Shown here piece by piece: positions 45,614-55,126 of a stretch of 64,000 nucleotides of DNA (position 1 is its first letter; the number at the start of each line of letters is the position of its first letter). The DNA is from Limnochordia bacterium (GTDB lineage Bacteria > Bacillota > Limnochordia > DTU080), in contig JBMNJG010000007.1 of NCBI GenBank assembly GCA_050951545.1, forward strand, positions 64,001 through 128,000, in the 5' to 3' direction. The position numbers and the translations under genes are program-made. The notes beneath the pieces are model-generated. The model was not told the DNA's origin. It made no database searches and saw only the letters and a program-made list of their open reading frames with translations.

Positions 45614-46801
45614 ATGTGGCACAGGAACACGATGCGAATTCAAGCTGCCTTGATCGTGGTTGGGCTGGCGTTGTGTGCGGTGGTGGGCTGGGCGGCTGAG
45701 GCCATACCGCCACCCTCTTTTGACGTAGATGCACACTCCGCGATCCTTGTGGACGGCACAACTGGCCAGGTGCTGTATGAGAAGGAAAGCGATTTGAAGC
45801 TGCCACCTGCCAGCATGGCCAAGATCATGACTATGCTACTCATCATGGAGGAGATTGACGCGGGGCGTCTGAAACTCACCGATGAAGTCAAAGTGAGTGC
45901 TCGCGCCGCAGGGATCGGTGGTTCTCAGGTATATCTCAAACAAGGTGAGGTCTTCACAGTTGAGGATCTCATGAAGGCAGTAACGATTCACTCGGCTAAC
46001 GATGCTTCAGTTGCTCTGGCGGAGCATGTATCAGGGGCGGTTGAAGCGTTTGTCGACGCCATGAACAGGCGCGCCCAAGAGCTCGGCATGGCCGACACGT
46101 ATTTCGACAACCCCGATGGTCTACCCTCGGAACCGGGTCGGCCTCCCACATTGACGACCGCCCGTGATCTCACAAAGGTATCGAGGGAGCTGCTGAAGCA
46201 CCCAAAGATACTGGAGTGGAGCACCATCACTTTGACGGAGTTTCGGTCGAAGCCTAAGACCAATCTGTACAATACGAACAAGCTGCTGGGCAAGTACAGT
46301 GGGTTGGATGGCCTGAAGACAGGCCATACCGACGAGGCAGGATGGTGTCTCACGGCCACAGCCAAACGGGGCGACGTGCGATTGGTCAGCGTGGTGATGC
46401 GCACCGCGAGTGAACAGGAGCGCCAGGCCCAGACAGCCCGGTTGCTCGACCACGGATTTCGTGGCTTTGAGCCGCTGACCGCGGCTACAAAGGGTGAAGA
46501 CGTGGGCACGCTGAAAGTCGCTAACGGCTGGCCGGGTGCGCTCAAAGTGCAGCCCAAAGAGACGTTTCGCCCACTGGTGCCTCGTGGTCGCACTGAAGAC
46601 GTGGAACTGACAACTGAGTTTGGTGAGGTTCGGGCACCTCTGTCGGCAGGTCAGACGGTTGGCGCCGTGGTGGCCACCCTCGATGGCCAGGAGCTCGCTC
46701 GCATGGATGTAGTTATCTCCAGGGATGTCAAAAGAGCTAACTTCGTGGTCCGCTTCTTCCGTTGGATCGCTAGAGCGGTCCGGGGGCTGTTTAGTCGCTA
46801 G
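45614..46801 (+). CDS. D-alanyl-D-alanine carboxypeptidase (peptidase S11, DacA/DacF-like)
   Basis: SMAK (SxxK), SAN (SxN), KTG; PBP5 C-terminal domain and amphipathic tail. Confidence 0.95.
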   Translation: MWHRNTMRIQAALIVVGLALCAVVGWAAEAIPPPSFDVDAHSAILVDGTTGQVLYEKESDLKLPPASMAKIMTMLLIMEEIDAGRLKLTDEVKVSARAAGIGGSQVYLKQGEVFTVEDLMKAVTIHSANDASVALAEHVSGAVEAFVDAMNRRAQELGMADTYFDNPDGLPSEPGRPPTLTTARDLTKVSRELLKHPKILEWSTITLTEFRSKPKTNLYNTNKLLGKYSGLDGLKTGHTDEAGWCLTATAKRGDVRLVSVVMRTASEQERQAQTARLLDHGFRGFEPLTAATKGEDVGTLKVANGWPGALKVQPKETFRPLVPRGRTEDVELTTEFGEVRAPLSAGQTVGAVVATLDGQELARMDVVISRDVKRANFVVRFFRWIARAVRGLFSR

Positions 46802-46939
46802 AAGATCACGTCCTCGTGCCTGGCAGGAACCCTTAGTTGCTCGGAGAAGACATCAGTTTATGGGAAACCGTGCGCACAATCGCTCGCACTGTTGATGATG
46901 CAACGACATGTGAAGCGATGGAGGAGGCGATGAAGACAG

Positions 46940-47875
46940 TTGGGCGAACCAGATACAGCATGGGCTCCGGCCAAGATCAATCTGGTGCTGGAGGTCGGTG
47001 CCCGTCGCTCGGACGGTTATCATGAGCTGGTCACCGTCTTTCAGTCTGTTGCACTTCATGATCGCGTCACGATCTTGGACACCGTTTCCTCCGGTGATCT
47101 GGTGGTCCGTGGTCCACAGGCTCACTCAATGGAGCTTGACGACCCTCGGACAAACCTAGCCTGGCGAGCTGCAGAGTTGCTTGCGGATGCTACTGGGCGA
47201 TCATCGCCTGGTGTGCAGATTCATCTGGAAAAGCATATCCCTGTTGCCGCGGGATTGGGCGGGGGCAGTTCCGATGCGGCGGCGGTTCTGCGATCTTTGG
47301 CGAAACGATGGGACATCAGTGATCAGCGGCTGCTCGTACGGCTTGCTGGCGAGTTAGGTTCGGATGTGCCCTTCTTTCTGCGCGGAGGTGCCGCCTTGGG
47401 TAGGGGACGTGGTGAGCTGCTCTCGCCGCTGTCGCTCCCCCAAATGTGGGTGGTTCTCGCCAATCCAGGTGTGCCTAGTAGTTCAGCCTCCGTGTATAAT
47501 CGTTTCGCTAGGCGCGCTAAGCCAAGCGCCGACGTTCTCGGTAGACGCTGCGAACAGATGGTTCAAGTGTTGTGCAGCGAAGGTCCTGCTGCCATGGGGG
47601 GTCACCTATGGCATAACGACCTGGCAGAGGCTGCCCTTGACGAGGTGCCCGATATTAGATCCATCCTGAACGCTTTTCGGGATCTGGGTGCCTTAGGTAC
47701 GCAGATCAGCGGCAGTGGGGCCACGGTCTTTGCCGTAGCTACTGATGCGGCACACGCTGAGAGTATAAGTGATCAGATATCGAAACAAACGGCCTGGACC
47801 TGGTGGGGTCCAACGACTACGTCAGAGGGGGAGGCGACTAATGGGCGGTGTTCTAAAGCCGATAAAGCTCGATGA
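46940..47875 (+). CDS. ispE: 4-diphosphocytidyl-2-C-methyl-D-erythritol kinase
   Basis: APAKINL..DGYHEL, KHIPVAAGLGGGSSDAAA, GSDVPF, SGSG. Confidence 0.95.
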   Translation: MGEPDTAWAPAKINLVLEVGARRSDGYHELVTVFQSVALHDRVTILDTVSSGDLVVRGPQAHSMELDDPRTNLAWRAAELLADATGRSSPGVQIHLEKHIPVAAGLGGGSSDAAAVLRSLAKRWDISDQRLLVRLAGELGSDVPFFLRGGAALGRGRGELLSPLSLPQMWVVLANPGVPSSSASVYNRFARRAKPSADVLGRRCEQMVQVLCSEGPAAMGGHLWHNDLAEAALDEVPDIRSILNAFRDLGALGTQISGSGATVFAVATDAAHAESISDQISKQTAWTWWGPTTTSEGEATNGRCSKADKAR

Positions 47876-48539
47876 TTACAAACCTCTGCGTGAGCTCGTG
47901 TTTGAGGCCATTCGAGAAGCGATCATTTCTGGAAGTCTTAAGCCGGGCGAGCGTCTCATGGAGATTCAGATGGCTGACGATCTGGGTGTGAGTCGAACAC
48001 CAGTACGCGAGGCTCTGCGGAAACTGGAGCTAGAAGGCTTTGTGGTGATGATTCCCCGAAAAGGTGCCTACGTGGCCGATATTTCGCTCAAAGAGATCGT
48101 CGATGTCTTTGAGATCCGAGGGGCACTGGAAGGATTAGCCGCTGAGCTAGCTGCTGATCGCGCCAGCGAAGCGAAGATTGAGGGAATGGAACGATGTTTG
48201 GTCGAGCTCAGCGAGATGATAGAGGTCAAAGACCTGAAACGGATTGTGGAGATTGACACGCAGTTTCACGAGACCCTCTATGCCTCTAGTCGGAATGAGC
48301 GTCTGGGCCAGATACTGTCGCTTTTGCGTGAACAGATCCAGCGCTTTCGCACTCGCACCATGACGCATCCGGCCCGCATGAAGGTAGCGTTGGAGGAGCA
48401 CCGACGGATTATCGAGGCGGTGGCTGCTCGCGACGGTGTGTCGGCTCGGCGTCTTGCCCAAGAGCACATTGAAAGTGCAGAAAACAGTCTCATGACACTG
48501 CTGGCAGTGGACGAGCAGAAGAGGAAGCGGATCAGATAG
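47841..48539 (+). CDS. GntR (FCD) family transcriptional regulator
   Basis: YKPLRELVF..PGERLME..GVSRTPVREALRKLELEG; FCD domain. Confidence 0.93.
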   Translation: MGGVLKPIKLDDYKPLRELVFEAIREAIISGSLKPGERLMEIQMADDLGVSRTPVREALRKLELEGFVVMIPRKGAYVADISLKEIVDVFEIRGALEGLAAELAADRASEAKIEGMERCLVELSEMIEVKDLKRIVEIDTQFHETLYASSRNERLGQILSLLREQIQRFRTRTMTHPARMKVALEEHRRIIEAVAARDGVSARRLAQEHIESAENSLMTLLAVDEQKRKRIR

Positions 48540-49289
48540 ATGCGAGTCGACGCGATCGTACTGGCTGGTGCAAAAAACGATGGAAGGCTGCGAGATGCGA
48601 GCTCAGAGCCGTATGAGGCCTTTATTGAGATTGGCGATAGGGTGATGGTGGACTATGTTGTCTCCGCGCTTCGCAGCTGCAGTTTGATCAACAGGGTCGT
48701 TCTGGTTGGCCCCCAAGAACTGCGTCAACACATCGCGACACCGGATGCGGAGTTCACTGTAGGCGGCGGCTCCATGATCGAGAGTATCCGTATGGCTATC
48801 GAGTATTTGTCCCCTCAGGAAAAGGTCTTGCTGGTAACCGGTGATATTCCACTGATCACAGAAGAGGCGATCACGGATTTTCTGCAGCGTTGCCAGAGTG
48901 TACAGGCAGATATCTACTATCCTGTGGTAAGGCGCGAAGCTAACGAAAGTAAGTATCCTGGGGCGCGGCGCACTTACATGCATCTCACCGAAGGCGTGTT
49001 TACAGGCGGCAATATGGTGCTGCTTCAACCAGCTATCGTGGCGCAATGCCATGACCTGATTGACCAGGCGATTCAGATGCGAAAGAAGCCTCGTCAGCTG
49101 GCCAAACTGCTGGGGGCGCGTGCCTTCTTCAAGCTTCTGTTTCGACGGCTTTCGGTCAGGGAAATCGAGGAGCGGGTGCAGCACGCGCTCGGCTTTGCCG
49201 GAGTTGCTGTCATAAGTCCGTATCCGGAAGTAGGTATCGATGTCGATAAACCCGCTGATCTCGAATTGGCACGCCGGGTACTAGGTTAG
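48540..49289 (+). CDS. MobA-like NTP transferase domain protein
   Basis: AIVLAG, TGDIP, FTGGN, IDVDKP.DL. Confidence 0.85.
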   Translation: MRVDAIVLAGAKNDGRLRDASSEPYEAFIEIGDRVMVDYVVSALRSCSLINRVVLVGPQELRQHIATPDAEFTVGGGSMIESIRMAIEYLSPQEKVLLVTGDIPLITEEAITDFLQRCQSVQADIYYPVVRREANESKYPGARRTYMHLTEGVFTGGNMVLLQPAIVAQCHDLIDQAIQMRKKPRQLAKLLGARAFFKLLFRRLSVREIEERVQHALGFAGVAVISPYPEVGIDVDKPADLELARRVLG

Positions 49290-49306
49290 CAGAGGATGGG
49301 GGTGTC

Positions 49307-50146
49307 GTGTTGCGCCGTAGCGAACGTCTGGCTGCCATAGCCAAGATCCTGTCTGACCGACCGCATTGTGTACTGCCCTTATCAGATTTCACCGAGCGTT
49401 TTGGGGTAGCTAAGTCAAGCATTAGCGAGGATTTGGCCATTGTGCGGGGTGTGTTTCGAGAGATGGGGCTCGGACAGGTAGAGACCTTGGCTGGAGCTGC
49501 TGGTGGCGTACGCTATAGGCCGATGGTTAGCGCAAAAAGGATCACTCAGACGGTCCAGCACATATGCCGGGACCTCGCTGATCCGAAACGCATTCTGCCC
49601 GGTGGGTTTTTATACATGTCAGATATTACAGCCTCGCCTGTGTCTATGTCCACCGTGGGCGAGATTTTCGCTACTCGCTTTGCTGATGTGGCTCCCGATG
49701 TGGTAGCGACTCTAGAGACCCGAGGGATTCCTATTGCACTCATGACCGCAAAGGCTTTTAACACGCCTTTGGTGATCGTTCGCCGCGCCAGCCGGGCTAC
49801 GGAGGGCACCGTCGTTACGGTCAACTACGTCTCTGGCTCAGCCAAACGCATTGAGACAATGTCTCTTTCTCGTAGAGCCCTGCAGCCCGGTCAGCGAGTG
49901 CTTATCATTGATGATTTCATGAAGGCCGGCGGTAGTGCGCGAGGTCTTGTCGATCTGGTAGGTGAGCTAAAGGCTGAGGTAGTCGGTATCGGTGTCTTGG
50001 TGGAGACTGATACGCCGAGGCACAAGCTTGTCCGTGAGTACTGCTCACTGATAGTGCTGGAGGAAGTGGATGTGGAGAGGCAGCATGTACGGGTACGGCC
50101 CAGCGACTGGGTAGCAGCCCTTTCCTCTAGCTCTGACCTTTGTTAG
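49307..50146 (+). CDS. purR: Bacillus-type pur operon repressor
   Basis: AKSSISEDL, GAAGGV, RILPGGFLY, TEG..V.NYVSGS, IIDDFMKAGG. Confidence 0.95.
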   Translation: MLRRSERLAAIAKILSDRPHCVLPLSDFTERFGVAKSSISEDLAIVRGVFREMGLGQVETLAGAAGGVRYRPMVSAKRITQTVQHICRDLADPKRILPGGFLYMSDITASPVSMSTVGEIFATRFADVAPDVVATLETRGIPIALMTAKAFNTPLVIVRRASRATEGTVVTVNYVSGSAKRIETMSLSRRALQPGQRVLIIDDFMKAGGSARGLVDLVGELKAEVVGIGVLVETDTPRHKLVREYCSLIVLEEVDVERQHVRVRPSDWVAALSSSSDLC

Positions 50147-51071
50147 CGTCGGCATCGATCAGCTCCCATACGCGGGCGGTAAGTTCTTTCTGCTTCATGA
50201 TCTCGAATATCAGGCCCGCCCACTGCTCTGGTAAACGTAGGTCGAGCGTGCAATCACGGACGCAGCTGAGGTGCCCAATGGTAGCTTCCTGCGTGAGCGG
50301 CGTTACTACAAGTCGGGCATCAACCGCCGAAGTCTCCGCTAGGTCAGCCTCCTCCAAGACATCGCTAAGCCCCTGTACTAAGCGCAGGTAGGCAGGTAGC
50401 GACTCAGGCACTTTGGTAGGGTTCACTACCACACCCAGACTCAAGGCCAGGGGGATCGGTGCTGTGACCTCTTCTACCACGATACCCGCGAACTGCGCCT
50501 GTCCGGCATGCCACGCGAAGGACAGGCTGCACTGAACTGCTTGAGCCTGGGTTCCGTCCTGGGTTATCCACTCGCTAGGCACGCAGAAGAAAGTGTACTC
50601 CCTCACCATGGTATTGAGATCCACTTTGTCGTCTGTGTGAATTACAGACAGGCCTGCCCGTTCTAGATATTCGCTGAGGCGTTCGGTTACGGCAAAGAAA
50701 GTGGGCAAGCGCTCCACGCCTGTGACGGTTTCGATCATGGATTGCGGATGAATGGGTACGAGATCTGGTGTTTGGTCGCTACCGTCGCCTTCTCGCAAGG
50801 CGAGGGCGGGAAAGATAGCCTCGCAGTGAGCGCACTGCAGGGCTCGGGCCGATCCCATGGGGGGAGCGTCGGGGATGCGGGCAGTATTCGTATCACCGCA
50901 TATCGGGCAGCGCACTCGGCCCGCGGCCAGAGCTATCAGCGCCTCTGGATGTACCGGGTAGCCGCTAAAGACGAGGTACTGCTCGTGGCATTGTCCACAG
51001 AGCCATTGCTCGAAAGGCGGATCTTCGCCTACGCGCTCGCCACCTCGTGCCTGACAGAAAGGACAGCGCAT
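50127..51071 (-). CDS. Hypothetical protein with two N-terminal zinc ribbons
   Basis: CPFC..CGQC and CPIC..CAHC; AAGGAGG RBS before ATG 51071. Confidence 0.7.
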   Translation of the reverse strand: MRCPFCQARGGERVGEDPPFEQWLCGQCHEQYLVFSGYPVHPEALIALAAGRVRCPICGDTNTARIPDAPPMGSARALQCAHCEAIFPALALREGDGSDQTPDLVPIHPQSMIETVTGVERLPTFFAVTERLSEYLERAGLSVIHTDDKVDLNTMVREYTFFCVPSEWITQDGTQAQAVQCSLSFAWHAGQAQFAGIVVEEVTAPIPLALSLGVVVNPTKVPESLPAYLRLVQGLSDVLEEADLAETSAVDARLVVTPLTQEATIGHLSCVRDCTLDLRLPEQWAGLIFEIMKQKELTARVWELIDADANKGQS

Positions 51072-51239
51072 GGATCGGCCTCCTTGGTGGTCTTCTAACG
51101 TAGTAGGCTTCGGCTGGGTCATGAGCCATTCCTGCAGCTGGCAACGGAAGTTGCCTATACAGAAGCAGGGAAATGCCTGGTGGAGCATAACATGGCCTTT
51201 GAGGTGAGATGCCCTAGCCCTCTATAGAGGCGGGGCAAC

Positions 51240-51803
51240 ATGAGAAAACTCTCAGGAGGGCGGTTTTTTCCTGTGGATAGGCAAGCGATTGAGCTCAACC
51301 GACTCGATATTCGACCGTTCACAGCCTTCGATCCAGACGGCCTACTATTAGTGGTAGGTCCGAGTGTTGACGAAGCCAATGTAATGACCATAGGCTGGGG
51401 CACTTTTGGCATCATGTGGGGCAAACCGGTGGCTATGGTTATGGTGCGTCCGACACGCTACACATGGGATTTCATTAGCAAAGCCACCGACTTCACGGTA
51501 AACTGGCTGAGCGATGATCAGCGGGAAGTGCTGCAGCTGTGTGGCAACGTATCTGGCAGAGATACCGATAAATTCGCTGCAGCGGGGCTGCGTCCGGTGA
51601 AAGCCTCTTCGGTGGTTTCACCTGTGCTCCAGGAGAGTATTCTTTCGCTGGAGTGTCGTATGCTTTACAAGGATGATCTGCATCCGGAGCGGTTCGTAGT
51701 TCCCTCTTTGCAGGGCCATTATGGCAGGCGCGATTACCACGGGCTGTTCTATGGTGAGGTGGTCGTGGCCACAGGTACCAGCGAGTTCGTGCGCGGCAAG
51801 TAG
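51240..51803 (+). CDS. Flavin reductase family protein
   Basis: NVMTIGWG..WGKP..VRPTRYT..CG..SGRD.DK..LECR..H..F.GEV. Confidence 0.9.
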   Translation: MRKLSGGRFFPVDRQAIELNRLDIRPFTAFDPDGLLLVVGPSVDEANVMTIGWGTFGIMWGKPVAMVMVRPTRYTWDFISKATDFTVNWLSDDQREVLQLCGNVSGRDTDKFAAAGLRPVKASSVVSPVLQESILSLECRMLYKDDLHPERFVVPSLQGHYGRRDYHGLFYGEVVVATGTSEFVRGK

Positions 51804-51889
51804 GCGATGCTGCATGTGGGTGAGCGAACGACCTTGCGCGTTTTCTCGCCCTGGCATACGCACACGAACCGCGGGAAGGAGGGGTAGTC

Positions 51890-52393
51890 TTGGATACTTT
51901 GCAGGCGCTTCGAACTCGAAGAAGCGTGCGTCACTATCAAGATAAGCCGGTGCCCAAGGAACTCCTTGCTGAGATCGTGGATTGTGCGCGTCTGGCAGCC
52001 ACCGCCAGAAACACACAGCCATGGGAGTTCGTGGTTGTTACTGAAAAGGCCGACCTGCAGCGGCTGGCGGCCATGGTCGACTATGGCAGACATATCGCGC
52101 CCGCGGGCGCGTGTGTAGCTGTCTTCTGCCGTGACACGACGTACTATGTGGAAGACGGGTCTGCAGCTACACAAAACTTGCTAGTTGCTGCTCATGCATT
52201 GGGTCTGGGAACTTGCTGGATTGCAGGCGACAAGAAAGACTATGCGCAGCCCGTGACGAAATACCTCGACGTGCCAGATGGCTACAAGCTGGTAGCCTTG
52301 GTGTCCGTGGGCTATGCAGCTGAGACTCCGTCGAGATCCAAGCGGGCTTTGGATGATGTCCTTCATTGGGAGCGCTTTGGTCGTCACTCGTAG
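51890..52393 (+). CDS. Nitroreductase family protein
   Basis: RRSVRHY, A.ATARN.QPWEF, QNLLVAAHALGLGTCWI. Confidence 0.93.
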   Translation: MDTLQALRTRRSVRHYQDKPVPKELLAEIVDCARLAATARNTQPWEFVVVTEKADLQRLAAMVDYGRHIAPAGACVAVFCRDTTYYVEDGSAATQNLLVAAHALGLGTCWIAGDKKDYAQPVTKYLDVPDGYKLVALVSVGYAAETPSRSKRALDDVLHWERFGRHS

Positions 52394-52622
52394 CAGGGGC
52401 TGCCGAATCGAGTCAGCGCCCTAAGGCTTGATGGGGGGCGCTCGTGTCGATGACGCGATGCAGAAGGTCTACAGAGAAGACTTGAACAGCGGGAGAGGCG
52501 CCTGGCGAGGGCGCCTCTTGTCTTGTGCGGGTCACGGACGGAGTTTACGTATATCACTCGAGTACTGTATGTAGACTATTGAAGAAGGCCAGAGAGCTAA
52601 CAGGCCTGTTGGGGGTGAGGGT

Positions 52623-52841
52623 GTGCAAAGCAGCGATGCACATGAGACGGTTGTCGCTTTCCTTCCCATTCCAGCTACGGACGCACGGGGCCTAGGGTTG
52701 CTTTCTGACCTGCGGGGCTTGGTGGCCATGGCCCGGCGATGTCATCCCGAGCTTACCCACTGTAATGTGGTCGACGTGGGGATCAAGCACGAAGGCGATC
52801 GTCTTCGGGCCACGTTAAGGTTCGCCAGTCCCCGCCTATGA
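52623..52841 (+). CDS. Small hypothetical protein
   Basis: GGGGTGAGG RBS; 72-aa ORF fills the gap up to the folD stop. Confidence 0.45.
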   Translation: MQSSDAHETVVAFLPIPATDARGLGLLSDLRGLVAMARRCHPELTHCNVVDVGIKHEGDRLRATLRFASPRL

Positions 52842-53690
52842 TCTACTCCCTTTCTTCTTCTCAGCAGCCTCTATGGTGTGTTTGAGAAGCGTGGCGATCG
52901 TCACCGGACCCACTCCGCCTGGCACGGGCGTAATAGCACTGCTCATTGGTAGACTGGCCTCAAAGTCGACATCGCCCACGTTGCCCTCGTTATAGCCAGC
53001 ATCTAGTACCACGACACCAGGCTTGAGCCATGAGCTTTGTACGAAACGTGGCTTTCCTACAGCTGCTACCAAGATATCGGCTTGCCGCACAAGGTCTGAC
53101 AACCCTTGGGTTCGAGAGTGGCAGATGGTGACAGTGGCGTTTCGATTCAGAAGCATGAGCGCAACGGGTTTGCCCAAGATGGGGCTGCGGCCGATTACCA
53201 CTGCATGCTTCCCTTCAATAGGTAGCTCGTAGTAGTCGATGATCGAAACGATAGCCTCAGGAGTGCATGAGCGGTAGCTGGGCAAGTCGAATGCCGCTCG
53301 TCCAAACCCTAGAGTGGTTACGCCATCGACATCCTTGCCTATGTCAATCGCGTCGAACGCGGCTCTCTCGTCGATATGTGCGGGCACTGGGTGCTGCAAG
53401 AGGATGCCATCAACGGCGTTGTCTGCATTCAGCTCTTGTATGGTCGTGATCAGAGTTTCGGTTGTCGTCTCCTCGGGCAGGTGAATGCTGCGGGAATCAA
53501 TGCCTAGGCGTCTGCAGGTGTTGCCTTTCATGCGTACATAAGTGACTGAGGCCGGATCGTCGCCTACCAGAATGGTGGCTAGGCATGGTACGATACCGCT
53601 GTTCCTAAGGGCTTGTGCTCGCTTGGCTATATCGGCGCGTATCTCTTCAGCAACTCGTTTGCCATCCAGAAGCTTGTCTTTTGGCTGCAT
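52836..53690 (-). CDS. folD: Methylene-THF dehydrogenase/cyclohydrolase
   Basis: LVGDDPAS..YV..K, KDVDG, CTP, GRS.ILGKP, TPVPGGVGP.T. Confidence 0.97.
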   Translation of the reverse strand: MQPKDKLLDGKRVAEEIRADIAKRAQALRNSGIVPCLATILVGDDPASVTYVRMKGNTCRRLGIDSRSIHLPEETTTETLITTIQELNADNAVDGILLQHPVPAHIDERAAFDAIDIGKDVDGVTTLGFGRAAFDLPSYRSCTPEAIVSIIDYYELPIEGKHAVVIGRSPILGKPVALMLLNRNATVTICHSRTQGLSDLVRQADILVAAVGKPRFVQSSWLKPGVVVLDAGYNEGNVGDVDFEASLPMSSAITPVPGGVGPVTIATLLKHTIEAAEKKKGSRS

Positions 53691-53707
53691 GGTTTTTCGC
53701 CTCCCTT

Positions 53708-53743
53708 GAGAATCGTGTTACGCTGTGCGGGTGTGTCTGGGAC
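53708..53743 (-). repeat. Leader motif copy B (shared with the DUF1080 leader)
   Basis: GTCCCAGACACACCCGCACAGCGTAACACGATTCTC vs GTCCC-GACACGCCCGCACAGCGTAACACGATTTTC. Confidence 0.85.
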
Positions 53744-53918
53744 TTCCGACTTACTGCGTTTGGATTACGTTACCATGATACCACATCAGGGGCCTAGCCC
53801 GTGATAGCCTCGCGATCAGCGCTTGACTGCATGGTGGGGCTGCTGTAATTTGGGGTCAGAGTCATGTGAAAAATATGGGCTACGCGCTGACTCGTCTAGC
53901 TTTAGGGGGGGACTGGCT

Positions 53919-55121
53919 GTGACAGGCAGACAGCTTAGGGAGCCAGAGCGATGCATCCCTGTAGTCGGTGAGTACGACGTCGTCGTGGCGGGAGGAGGCA
54001 TTGCAGGTGTGGCGGCAGCAATAGCTGCGGCCAGAGAGGGTGCTACCACCTGCCTCGTGGAAAAAGAGAACGCTGTGGGCGGGCTAGCTACACTGGGTCT
54101 GGTGGAGGTCTACCTTCCCTTGTGTGACGGGCGGGGCAGGCAGGTGATCGGTGGCCTAGCCGAGGATCTCTTGCTCAATTCGGTCAAGTATGGTCCCGGA
54201 CAAGTGCCTGAGTGTTGGGCCAATGAGAATGGTGATATCCAAGAACGCAGCAAGCAACGCTATCGGCTGATCTTCAACCCCGCCTCTTTCGTCATCTCGC
54301 TCGAGGAGCAGCTCCTGCAGGCCGGAGTCCAGGTGATGTATGACACGCGGGTCTGCAATGTCTTGATCAAAGAGGGGTACATAGAGGCGCTTATTGTCGA
54401 GAACAAGAGCGGGCGCTTGGCACTGCGCGCAACGAACGTGGTGGATGCTTCTGGAGATGCGGATGTCTGTTCCTTGGCTGGCGAGAGCACCGTCTCACTG
54501 GACACGAACCGCAGAGCAGGGTGGTTCATTGCGAATGTGGGGGGACGTACCGAGTCGCAGCATCTAAGCGATCCGTTGTACAAAGACCCACCACCCGGGG
54601 CGAAGACCTACTCGGGAGATTGCTGGGAAGATGTTACGGAGATGAGCATTGTCGGCCGTAGGATGATCTTGAAGCGCATCGATCATCTTCGACAGCAAGA
54701 GGGCTATGACAAGGTCTATCCGTTGGTGATACCAACCATTCCTCTGTTCAGGATGACCCGGCGTCTCGAAGGAGCCTTTGAGCTTGACGAAGCTGACGAT
54801 AAGCGCTTCTTTCCCGATGCTATTGGCATGACCGGTGACTGGCGCAAACCAGGGCCGATCTTCTACATCCCCTATCGCTGCCTGCTGGCGGTGCAGACCA
54901 AGAACCTGATTGCTGCGGGTCGTTGTATCTCGGTGACCACCTCAGCGTGGGATATTACCCGAGCTATCCCGACTTGTGCAGTGACGGGCGAGGCGGCCGG
55001 AATGGCAGCGGCCATGAGTGCTCGAACCAGACAGGAGCTTTCGCGGTTAGATCCAAATGATCTGCAGAGTCAGCTGAAAGAACATGGAGTGATCATCGAC
55101 AAACCAGACGGGCGAATCTGA
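53919..55121 (+). CDS. FAD-dependent oxidoreductase (PF12831-like)
   Basis: DVVVAGGGIAG, VDASGDAD, IPYRCL..NLIAAGRCIS..GEAAG. Confidence 0.9.
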   Translation: MTGRQLREPERCIPVVGEYDVVVAGGGIAGVAAAIAAAREGATTCLVEKENAVGGLATLGLVEVYLPLCDGRGRQVIGGLAEDLLLNSVKYGPGQVPECWANENGDIQERSKQRYRLIFNPASFVISLEEQLLQAGVQVMYDTRVCNVLIKEGYIEALIVENKSGRLALRATNVVDASGDADVCSLAGESTVSLDTNRRAGWFIANVGGRTESQHLSDPLYKDPPPGAKTYSGDCWEDVTEMSIVGRRMILKRIDHLRQQEGYDKVYPLVIPTIPLFRMTRRLEGAFELDEADDKRFFPDAIGMTGDWRKPGPIFYIPYRCLLAVQTKNLIAAGRCISVTTSAWDITRAIPTCAVTGEAAGMAAAMSARTRQELSRLDPNDLQSQLKEHGVIIDKPDGRI

Positions 55122-55126
55122 TCTCA

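Noticed and set aside
52394-52530. ncRNA after the nitroreductase gene
   Set aside because: The two GC-rich hairpins are adequately explained as terminator or stability elements; no family features.
53691-53830. ZTP/THF riboswitch or PurBox upstream of folD
   Set aside because: No consensus recognised; ACTTCCGACTTA is only a partial match to the PurBox CCGAAC core.
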